Assembly (NCBI RefSeq): GCF_004010195.1
Contig: NC_057718.1
Span: 80,300,116-80,364,115, forward strand
Length of the DNA: 64,000 nt
Direction: 5' to 3'
Source: Chiloscyllium plagiosum
Taxonomy: Eukaryota
Shown: in pieces, positions 12,586-23,689 of the stretch
Layout: each line of letters opens with the position of its first letter
Position numbering within the stretch: the first letter of the stretch is position 1
The notes under the pieces: model-generated
What the model was told of the DNA's origin: nothing
Seen by the model: only the letters and a program-made list of their open reading frames with translations
Database searches by the model: none
Made by a program: the position numbers and the translations under genes

Positions 12586-13600
12586 TGTCATGACCACAGG
12601 TCAAACCCTAGAAATACGATGGACATGTTTAACCTGTAATTCCAAAATCTACTTTTTCAAAAGAGGGCTGATAATGCCAAAAATGGTTGCACTTGTCTGG
12701 TGAGAGAGAGATCCACAGAATATCATATTTCAAAATACGAAGGCAACTTCAAACAATAATCCTTCAAACAGGGAAGAGGCTAATTGAAAGAAAATGGGCT
12801 GTAATCATTTGTGACTACAAAGGTAACAAGAGCAGGTGACTCCCTGGTGTAGATTATGTCTGAACTGCAGATACATTTTGTGTTTTTCTCTTTGCAGAAT
12901 ACATAAGAGCAGGGGGTTAAAAATCCAGTTTCAATTCTATGTACTGTTGAAGTTGAATATTCCCGTGTGTGCCAGCGGGATAAGATACACATGCATTCTA
13001 GCATGCTGTGCAGGTTTCAGTTGAAGTCACCTCTGTAAATTTATACTCTCACTTTGAATGCTAGCAGCCAGCAAGCTAGAAAACCAGACAAGAAGAAATA
13101 GGACAACAAAACAATTCCCCCTTACACCAAATTCTGGAACTCAGTCATGGTTGAAAGGAATCAGAAGAAGAGAATCACAACTAATCTGCAAAACTAATGA
13201 TCATGAAACTGACTGTTCAATTACCAAACTGACTGTTCAATTACCAAAATCATCATTACCGGTGACCTCCACTGCAACAGTGCAACATTCAACTATTTGC
13301 TGTTCACCAACAATTTCAGAAACTGATCTGTATGTCATATTTTTCAAACGTTTGCTTTTATGATTCACCTAATCTTTCTAATCTGAACGTATGTATGTTA
13401 TTATGTGCAGTATGTGTGTGACTAATTCTTCTTGCATTTAGTAATTGGTAAACTCACTCTTTGTTAACCTTTTAAAACATAAGATAATTTGGGTCCAGGA
13501 CAAAGGTATTCAGCTGTTTCTAAATTAACTTAATTGCAACCAACTGAGGGGGTGGTGAATAATGAAGGGGAGCCACTTCATTCCTCCTCAAAGGGATGCT
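12586..13600 (+). mobile_element. Probable solo LTR (ERV-like), decayed
   Basis: Starts TGTCATGACC; non-coding; TG-rich U5-like 3' part ending ggggagccacttcattcctcctca; no TSD confirmed. Confidence 0.35.
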
Positions 13601-14035
13601 TAATGATTTGGGATATTCCATCTGGAACCCAACAAATTGCAGGAACCTCAACCAGGATCTACACACATAACAATATAAAGGCACTGGTGAAGAGCATAAA
13701 GAACTGACAATAAAAAAGGTATCAATGAAATTCTCTTAGCATCTGAATGACATGGACAATGGCATCAATTTTGCAAAATGCAAAGAGAAAATTAGATTAT
13801 TGGTGTCTTGAAAAAGACTTCCAGTCTTCCCTTTAAGGTTTCCAATACCTAGATCAGAACCTTGCGAGTAAGTGCAAAGGACTCGATTTCCACGCATTTG
13901 TATCTCATTTTTAGATAATATCACCTTATTTATTCTCAGTTTGTGATCTTCCAAAATACCTGTGACAATATACTGGTGATGAGTGGGTGACTGCTTCCAC
14001 CTTTCATCCACATAAATCCGCATCAACAAAACACC

Positions 14036-14138
14036 AGTCATAGAGATGCACAGCATGGAAACAGACCCTTCGGTCCAACCCGTCCATGCCGACCAGATAT
14101 CCCAACTCAATCTAGTCCCACCTGCCAGCACCCAGCAT
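14036..14138 (-). mobile_element. CR1 3' tail fragment
   Basis: Reverse complement of the CR1 3' UTR, fused directly to the plus-strand CR1 that follows. Confidence 0.85.
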
Positions 14139-14949
14139 ACGGAAGAAATAGAATGCGGGGAAATAGATAGCGACATCTTGAAAATTGTTCAAATTACTGA
14201 GGGGTTGACGCTGGACAGCTTAAAACACGAAGGTGGATAAATTCCTAGCACCTGATCAGGTGTACCCTAGAACTTTGTGGGAGGCTAAGGAAGTGATTGC
14301 TGGGTCCATTGCTGAGAAATTTGTATCATCAATAGGCTCAGGTGAGGTTCTGGAAGATTTGTGGTTGGCTAATGTGGTTCCTCTTTTTAAGAGAGGTGAT
14401 AAGGAAAAGCCAAGGAACTTTAGACTAGTGAGCCTGGCAATGGTGGTGGGCAAGTTGTTGGAAGAAATCCTGACAGATAGGATTTACATATATTTGGAAA
14501 GGCAGGGACTGATTAGGGATGGTCAGCATGGCTTTGTGTGTGGGAAATCATGTTCCACAAAATTGATTGAGTTTTTTGAAGAAGTAATGAAAGGATTGAT
14601 GAGGGCAGAGCAGTGGACATGATCTATATGGAATTCAGTAAGGCGTTCAACAATGTGCACTGGTTAGCAAGGTCAGATCTCATGGAATACAGGGAGAACT
14701 AGCTATTTGGATACAGAACTGACTTGAAAGTAGAAGACAGAGGATGGTGGTAGAGGGTTACTTTTCAGACTAGAGGCCTGAGACCAGTAGTATGCCACAA
14801 GGATCGATGCTAGGTCCATATCGGAGAATACAATGTGATCTTCATCAGATAGACCAATGGGCCAAAGAGTGGCAGATGGAGTTACATAAACGAGAGGTGC
14901 TGCATTTTGGGAAAGCAATTCAGGGCAGGACCTATACACTTAATGGTAA

Positions 14950-15499
14950 TGTGGGATATAGGTAAAGCAGTGTTACTTCTGCAATCACAATTGCTTATGC
15001 AAGGTAAATGAACTCACACCAGTGTATAATTGTTTCAGCCAGGAGCTGAGTTAACAAGAATGAAAACTATGTGAAGGAAATATATAATTGTTTTTGTATT
15101 AGCTAAAATGTGCATACAAGAATGAAATGTGCCTGCAAACAATGGTAGATGTTACAGACAAACAGATAAGGTGCTGTGAGGGGAGGGGGTTAAGCTAGAT
15201 ATGTTTGTACAAACAGTTACAAGCATCTGTTTCCCGGTTGTGCAAAAACAAACAAAAAGGACAACCATCAAGAGGTCATAAAGCTCGGTGTATATAAAGA
15301 ATAAAAGGAAATATTGTTTTGGCAAGCACGGAAACAGATGGAGGAGGGAAGAGAAACGAATTACATAAATGTTGTGTACTCGTTAAATTCAGTGTGTGTG
15401 TGTGCCTTCCTTGTGGGCAGTGGACACCACACCCCTCTTACAAGGGCGTAATAAAGGATACTACTGATTCAAATCTTGTCTCGGACTGAAATTATTGAA
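14950..15499 (+). mobile_element. Solo LTR-like insertion inside CR1
   Basis: Splits CR1 between taatggtaa and gtccagggg; begins TGT; TATATAAA at ~15291; AATAAA at 15450-15455; 3' CA end is missing. Confidence 0.6.
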
Positions 15500-15640
15500 G
15501 TCCAGGGGAGTGTTACCAAACAAAGAGACCTTGGAGTGCAAGTTCATAGTTCCTTGAAAGTGGAGTCTCAGGTAGATAGGATAGTGAAGATGTTTGGTAT
15601 ATTTGCCTTTATTGGTCAGTGCATTGAGTATAGGAGTTGG

Positions 15641-15773
15641 AATCCTGATGGAGGGCTTTTGTCCGCAACATCGATCTTCCTGCTCCCCGGATGCTGCCTG
15701 ACCTGCTGTGCTTTTCCAGCACCACTCTCGTCTAGACTCTGATTTCCAGCATCTGCAATCCTTACTTTTGCCT
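15641..15773 (+). mobile_element. Penelope-like pLTR fragment with degenerate hammerhead core
   Basis: ctgatggagggcttttgtccgcaacatc followed by the same pLTR body as 2862-2985. Confidence 0.75.
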
Positions 15774-16154
15774 CGAACATTGGTTAAGCCACTTTTGGAA
15801 TACAGTGTGTAATTCTGGTCTCCCTGCTATAGGAAGAACGTTGTGAAACTTGAAAGGATTCAGAAAATATTTACAAAGCTATTTCCAAGGTTGGTGGGCT
15901 TGAGATTTAGAGAAAAGCTTGAATGGACTGGCACTGTTTTCCTACAGCATCGGAGGCTGAGGGGTGACCTCATAGAGGTTTAGAAAATCATGAGAGGCAT
16001 GGATTCAGTAAATAGACAAGGTCTTATCCCCGAGGTCGGGGAGTGCAGAACTAGACGACATAGGATTAAGGTGGGAGGGAAAGATTTAAGAGGACCTAGG
16101 AGGCATCCTTTTCATGCAGAGGCTCATGCATGTACGAAATGAGCTGCCAGAAGA

Positions 16155-17319
16155 AGTGCATTACTATGTCTCACATGTTGACTTAATATACCTGGAGCTC
16201 CAGCATAAAGTGGCAAAATGAATAGTTAAATAAATGGTTGGGTGAGAACGTGGGGAAGATCAAAACAATGAATTAATAGGGATAGCAACAAAGATGGGAA
16301 TATGAAGAATTACTGGGTTACCTATGCTCAGAGACTGATTCTGTAACTTACTCTGTGAAGGTATTACCAGTGTTTCCTTCTATCCTCTTCTAAATAGCAG
16401 GCGCACAACAGAGATGAAACTGTCTGTCAACATATCCAAAGTGGGCAGAGTAAATGTTTCATTTGAAGAGAGAAGGAACTTCGGCGTGCAATAAACAGAT
16501 AACCACACAATACAAGTGAAAGACACCTGTGAACACTGAATGTGAATCTTGTGCATTGACCTATGCACTGACTAAAAATCCAAAATCACATTTGACCGCA
16601 TCATGCAACATTACAAACCAATCCTGCATTTCTTGTGCTGTCAGGTACAAGCAATATTTTGGGACCTGGAAAGATTCACTCCAGTGTTTAGAGGGATATG
16701 TGCGAAGTGCTGGTAAATGGGACTAGATTTATCTGGGATATCTGAGCGGTCCAGACGAGTTGGACTGAAGGGTCTGTTTCGTGCTGTAAATCGCTATGAC
16801 TCTAACTGGAGTGAATCTTTCCAGATATCTTTCCAAATATTGCTTGTGCCTGACAGCACAAGAAATGCAGGATTGATTTGTAATGTTGCATGATGCAGTT
16901 AAATGTGATTTTGAATTTTTAGTCAATACTTAGGTCAATGCATAAGATTCACATTCAGTTGTATTGTGTGGTTATCTGTTTATTGCACACTGAAGCTCTC
17001 TCCCTCTTCAAATGAAACATTTACTCTGCCCACTTTGGGTATGTTGACAGACAGTTTCATCTCTATTGTGCACCTGCTATTTAGAAGAGGATAGAAGGAA
17101 ACACTGGTCATACCTTCACAGAGTAAGTTACAGAATCAGTCTCTCAGCATAGGTAACACGGTAATTCTTCATATTCCCATCTTTGTTGCTATCCCTATCA
17201 ACTCATTGTTTTGATCTTTCCCATGTTCTCATCCAACCATTTATTTAACTATTTTTCTTGCCACTTTATCCTGGAGCCCCAGGTATAATGAGTTAACATG
17301 CCAGACATAGTAATGCACT
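16155..17319. repeat. Long inverted repeat, arms 16155-16685 and 16805-17319
   Basis: Arms are reverse complements over more than 500 bp with scattered substitutions and one ~20-nt indel; the loop is a CR1 3' tail. Confidence 0.95.
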
Positions 17320-17609
17320 GTCCCCACATTGAATCCAGGATAATGATGACCACCTTCCCACATTACCCTTTTCTCTTCAATGATCTAACATTACTGCCCC
17401 CTTACAGATTAAGTTGCACACGTCACAATTGTTACCCCATCTGTATCCTAACATGTTGCCTCCTATCCCCAGGAATGAATTCCTCAGTTTCCTGCTCACT
17501 GCAGTGGCCCTGATAATCCCTTCCCTCCCACAACCCTCAATTTCAGTGAACAGACCCCCAGGATTGCCTGCGGCCCATTCCCTTCACCGACTTAGACAGA
17601 CTTAGACAG

Positions 17610-17862
17610 ACATTGAGATGACGAGAACTTCTTTCAGCCATTCAGTGATGAACCTGTGCCACAGGTTCTGCCACTGAAAATGGTTGAGGCTAAAACAACA
17701 AATGTTTTCAAGAACAAGTTCGATATTCTGAGGGATGAAGGGATGAAAGGTATGGGGACACACCAGGAACAGATATTAAGTTGCATGATCAGCCATGATC
17801 ATATTGAATGATGGAGAAGGTTTGAAGTGCTGAATAGCTTACTCCTACTCCTTTGTTTCTAT
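17610..17862 (+). mobile_element. Old CR1 3' end
   Basis: gagatgacgagaacttctttcagcc...gatcagccatgatcatattgaatg...tactcctactcc tail. Confidence 0.7.
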
Positions 17863-19680
17863 GACAGCCATAATTGATGAGTGACCAGACTCCTGACTGA
17901 CCTCTGTGCAGCTTCCCAACTGACATCATTATTCACCAGACTGGACCTGCAGGACTAGCCATGTTCAACTCCCCAGACTGTGATGATATGGATGCATTGA
18001 TATCCCCAAGGGGCAAAATAATCTGAGCCATTCAAAGGTGATGTCAGAAAATGTTTGCGCAATTTGAAATTTGTGATAATTTTCTTGTGTTTTGGAAAGG
18101 GTTTTAAGATTAACTGAACCGAAGTGGGTGGATATAATTAAGGTTAGATCAGCCATGATCTAATGGAATGGAGAACAGACTCGAGGAACTGAATTACTTA
18201 TTTGTTATTATGTTGCATCAGAAACAGAAATTGGCAAAACGTTAATATCTCACGTATGGAAATACAAAGTAAGGTCAATTTAGGATGTGACAAAACAAAT
18301 TTGAAAAGGAAGATCAAAACTAGGCAAAAGTCAGAAGTCACATCTGTCACCTACAATCATGAGGCAGAAATTATTGAGTTTACCAGCTAAATAATGAATA
18401 TCATACATCTGAGACAGTGAAAATACATTAGAAAGTAAGTGGCAGAATTAAAATATCCTGAAAATCTACTGTTCTCCTGATTTACTCTAATCATACATTC
18501 ATCGCAGATGCTGGTGAAAAACTGGAAAGTACAATATGAATTTCCTAGCCAACAATCAACAACTTTGGAAATTGCTTGAATTATGCCCTATAACCCTAAA
18601 GAGGAGGCACAACTTTAAAATAAATTGAAAGGGGTTCTTGCAAAGAACTTCTCATTTCTTTTTGGCAGGCAAGTGTATAGAGATACTAGGAAGATAGTTC
18701 TCCTAAAATTGACATTTTCCTGTCACCCACCTTTCAGTGGGTGTGCAGCTTGGATTTGACCCCTTTGGAGCAGATGTCTACATCTGAGTCAACCCAATGT
18801 CAAAGGGTTGTGATTGGCAAATATATTTGATTCTATTATCTTTGACAATTCCACCTCTTTCCAGATATTTAAATATTCTGTTCATGGACTATTAAACTCC
18901 TTAATTGTTTCTTTGTCATTAGATTTGTGAGGTTTGGTTCTTATTTTCACCTTTGGCTCTCAACTGCCCCTTAAATTTATTTCTTCCCTATATTCCAGAT
19001 TCCTGTTCTTACGAAGAACCAATGCCAAGAATGTTGCTTCATGTTTTCTCTTTTGTTTGTTCCAATAATAGTAATTTCAGTTCACAATAGTCCCATCATT
19101 CCTCAGAATGTGAAATGCAGCAGCTTCATACAAATGCCTATTTGTAAAATTCAAGTATCTAGAGATGTTTTACAGATTTGATGACCTTTTTAAATGTTTG
19201 GTTCGAGCCACAAGATTCAAAAGGATGAATCTACGGGGACAAAAACTATGAATTGTACATTTTTGTTGTCTATTGGACAGAATTGCAATTCAATACAATC
19301 AAAAGCAAATGTAATGGGGATAGAAGATACTCCATGGAATTGACCCTGCTGGTTGCTGATTACATAGATAAATGGCAACAATTTGTAAGAGGAGGTGTAA
19401 ATGAGTAAGCCAGTGCTGTCTTGTCTGTTAATACATTATCCAATGATTCTGGAAGCGTAGCAATATAGTATTCCCAGAAGAGTAAGCATGTTGCTTGTGA
19501 TATTGTTGTAGTATAATCATATATTGTGGAATTCTATTTTGAATAGCTAACACTGGAACCGAATATGCATAACATCCTGGAATTTCCAGTGGGAATCTCC
19601 TGTGGTAAACTTATTTTTAAAATATCATAATTTGCCATTTATGCTGTTTCTTTGAGGCCTTTTGAGTCTTTTGCAAAAAG

Positions 19681-19807
19681 GTACAATTGGAGAACCCCTA
19701 CAAAATTCTACACCAAGCTGTGATTTGCAAATGCAATCATGTTATCCTCCTGAAGGAAATGAAACAACTGAGAAGAAGAAAAGAGTGGCCGATTTTGATA
19801 TATCAAT
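19681..19807 (+). CDS. Weak candidate internal coding exon (unidentified product)
   Basis: Pyrimidine-rich stretch + AAG acceptor, open frame (G)TIGEPLQNSTPSCDLQMQSCYPPEGNETTEKKKRVADFDIS, GTATGT donor; lies in repeat-poor DNA; no recognised homology. Confidence 0.25.
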
Positions 19808-21069
19808 GTATGTTTGGTATTTATTGTAAGAATAGAAAGTAAAGCATTATAGCTTTTATACATAATGAACTGAGAGAAACAGTCATGCAAAGAACTGCAC
19901 CAGCTAATCATTAATCAAAACACCACAAACAAACACACTGGCATGTTATGTTACCCGCTTGAACTCATTATGTATGCACATAATTTAGAAATTTAATTTA
20001 CGACTCAAAGTATATGTAATTTATTGACAATAGATTTCCCAGTATTCGACTACAAGTCATTTCACAAAATTCTTGAAGGTTCAGACCAACATAATTGATC
20101 CTGAAGTGTAAAAACAATCAAGCGGCAATAGCATGAAGTAAGCCTGCAATTGCTATCCGCACTGCCAGCTGCTGCAACATTAAATATGACATTAAATTGT
20201 CACAAAACCATATACAAAATTGAAAGCACAAAGATAAAGAACATTCCAAAGTGGTACCAAGCAGGATACCATTAATTTCTAATGTTCAGATAACGTTGAC
20301 AAATACTCTGAATTTGGAGCAATAATATGATAATATTCTTTGCCATATTAGCATTGATATCAGCATTAATGTAATGGGATACAGTCATCTCTACAATCAT
20401 TAAATTTAAACAATATCCAGGAAGACACAACCGATCAGGTGGTTCAATGCTGATTAGAGGATGCCAGCTCAATTGTAACTCTGGGGTTGAAAGTGCCATA
20501 GAAAGCATTATAGATCATGATGTCTAGCCACACAAGGAGATTGATTTATCTGATTATCAACAACACTAGGCTAATATTGTTAAATTGATTTGAGCATCTG
20601 ACTTGAATAAACTGCTCCTTTTCCACATATTTATTTGAGTATGCATTTACAAGTTTCAGAGGTAATTATAACACCTAAAATATTGCTGGTAGAAATAGGT
20701 GATGTTGTTTCATGTACTGCACACACCCAAAATCCTTAAAACAACAACTGTTGTGTACTTTGTAAACCTTTCCCAAATAGTGCTTATTGGGAAAGAACAT
20801 CATAGGAGCACGAAGTTAAGAAAACAAGCACGCAGGATCAATGCTAAGGTCTTGCACAAGAATGATTAGATCATTTTTGATGCACATTGACATGGTTTCT
20901 TTGATAAATAATTTTTAGCTGAGTTTGGTGATATTGTTCATCTCTATGTGTAAAATGAGGATAAGAACAATAAACCTGCAGGAAGGCTATCAGAGAGTGA
21001 TTTTAAGAATCAAACAATCATACAATAGTTACAGCACAGAACGAGGCCATTCATCCCATTGAATCTAAA

Positions 21070-22107
21070 CCTGAGTTTGAGTCTAGAACTCCAAGAGGAG
21101 ATTGACAAATTGATGAAGTGGGTGGATAGAGTAACAGAAGAGGTTCAAATGCAGAAAAATGTTAGGTGATGTACTTGTGTCAGAAGAATATAAAATAGAA
21201 GTACAATCCAAAAAGGGGTGCAGGAGCAGAAGAACGAAGGAGTATTTGTGCAAAGATCATTGAAGTGAAGAATAGGTAAAGAGAGGAATTAATAAATCAT
21301 ACAGTGTTCTCAGCTTTATTAGTAGGGGTAGGGGTAGGGGTTGGTTAGCTCAGCTGGATGACTTTGCAAAGCAGAGGGACACCCCCAGCAAGGGTTCAAT
21401 TCTCGCACTAGCTGAAGTTACCATGAAGGATTCTCCTTCTCAAACCTTCCCCCTATCCGAGGAATGCTGAACCTCCTGTTAAACCATCACCAGTTGTCTT
21501 GTTGAAATAAGAAAGCAACCCTATGGTCTAGTAAGGGCTATAGAGTACAACAGATGATGTCATTTGTTAGACCTCAGCTGGACTGCTGTGTACAGTCATG
21601 GGTACCACATTATACGAAAGATGTGAATGCATTGGAGAGAGTACAGAAGTGATTTACAAGAATGGCTCCAGGAATGAGAAACTCCAGTTATGAGGATAGA
21701 TTGAAAACATTAGGGCTGTACCTTTCAGAAAGAAGACTGAGGAGATTTGATAAAAGTTTTAAAAATCATGACTGGGCTGTTCAGAGTAGATATGGAGAAG
21801 CTGTTCCACTCATTAATCAAATAAAAGGAGAACACAGATTTATAGTGCCATGAAAACAAAGCTCGGGTAATGTGAGAAAAAAAAACTTTTTCAACTAGCT
21901 AGTGATTAGTATATGAAGACACTACCTGGATACATGGTAGAAGCTGTTTCAACTAAGCCATTCGAAAGGGCATTGAACAATTATTTGGATAGAAATAGTT
22001 TTTATGAATATGTAGAAAATGCAGGAGATTAGCAGTAGATAATAGAATTGATGCAGGTCGATGGGCCGAATGGCCTCCTTCTGAATTGCACCAATCCTGT
22101 GATTCTG
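21070..22107 (+). mobile_element. Old CR1 LINE 3' portion
   Basis: Motif remnants VRPQLDCCVQSW, LERVQK and MAPGMRNSSYEDRLKTLGLY; 3' tail. Confidence 0.8.
21337..21535 (+). mobile_element. tRNA-derived SINE inserted in CR1
   Basis: A box (ttagctcagctgg) and B box (gggttcaattctc) followed by a non-tRNA body. Confidence 0.55.
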
Positions 22108-23689
22108 AGTCCATGCCACATCTCTACAAGATCACTTTATCTTGTCTGACACTCACATCCACTCCCCATAGCCCTGCAATTCCTTCATGTGCCTATCCTA
22201 CTCCATTTTGGAACCATGATTGAATTTGCCTCTAGTCATACTTTCAGGAGTTTGTTCCAGATCCTAACTGGCCTTGTGCTGGAAAATGGGATTCGTGTGG
22301 ATAAGTCAGTGCAGACTCAATGGACTGAAGTGCCTCTTGCTACATAAAAATGCCTTTTCCCCTTTTAGAGTCATAGAGTCATAGAAGTCTGCAGCATGAA
22401 AACAGGCCCTTTGGCCCAACTTGTCCATGCTGTCCAGTTTTCATAATTTAAACTAATTCAATTTCTTGAAACTTCTGCCAATGGAAATAGTTTCTGTCTA
22501 TCTACTCTATCTTGTCATGATTTTAAAAACGTCTACCAAATCTCCACTCAACCATTTCTGTTCTCAAAAGAATAATCCCAGCTTCTACCATCTACCTACA
22601 TAACTGAACTTGCTGCCACCTGTCATTCTGTATTCCCAAAGGCAGCCTCAAAAGCTTAACACAGGTCTATAGACTAGTCTTGAGGCAAAGGGTAGCAACA
22701 ATGCTAGAGTAGCTAAATATCTGTCTCTGGAGACAAAGTGAACTTTCAAGGATGATTGAACACCAGCAAGAAAATTGCCTCAAAAGATCAGCAGCAGCCA
22801 GAAATACTACTGCATCAATTAAGCAAGCTGTCAAGAGAAGCCTTCATACGAATTGACGCCACGTTGTTCTGTGTGAGGTCAGTAGTCCCTCTGAGCTGTG
22901 AGATGAGCACAGCAGTCCTGAACTAAACAGGGCATAACATGCTATGCATAAAGTAATTCCCTTAAGATGTGTATATGCACCAGTGTTGTGCCAATTTTAA
23001 AGGGACTGCACAGTCAGACAAACTGACCAACACAGCAAAAGTAATTTAGAGGGTACACTGACGGTGTTGAAATGATTCATAATGGAAACACTGGAAGTGC
23101 TGAATCTCATTAAATTTGTCTCTTTTCTCCACTTACATTCATCTGCACCCTCTCCCTGGTGGTTTCTTGTTTTACAGAATACACCCTATTTTATATCTCC
23201 TTTACCACAATTAGCATTCCCTTGTATTTGGCTGGAGGGCACCTCAAGATCTGTTGCACTTGCTCCTCTTCCTCCTCTGTCATGAGAATAAAAATCACTA
23301 TTTTCTAGCCCATTTCAGTTCTGAAGAAGAGTCATATCAGATTCAAACTTCTACAGATGGTTTCAGACCTGCTGAGTTTCTCCAGGAATTTTTTTTTTTC
23401 AGATTTAAGATATCCACAGTATTTTGGTTTGATCTTCATCAAATTTATTAGAATCCCATTGAAAACAGTTTGTGTTTTCTCTCTGCCACAACAATCATGT
23501 CTGCTAATATCACTGGTCCTTTCAGAAGGAACTGTGCCTGTTCTTCCTGCTACAGTAGAAATGCAGGAGTGGATTCCAGCATCTACAGTTTTTTTGTCTC
23601 GAACCAAGTTTGTTCTTCCTGCTGCCATGTTGGGGACATAAGACTCTTAGGATCCGAAAAGTATGCTTCACGGCCAATATATTTTAAAG

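Larger units (their letters stand above)
14139..16804 (+). mobile_element. CR1 LINE (RT to 3' end) interrupted by three insertions
   Basis: [27 protein letters not shown]; 3' tail ends ctatgactcta at 16804; interrupted at 14950, 15641 and 16155. Confidence 0.9.

Noticed and set aside
13206..13248. 20-bp tandem duplication (similar small ones at ~17588, ~50725, ~57512, ~62014)
   Set aside because: Ordinary slippage-type micro-duplications with no further structure
16529..16926. Two ORFs sharing the peptide TKN.KSHLTASCNITNQSCISCAVR on opposite strands
   Set aside because: A by-product of the inverted duplication, not evidence of coding
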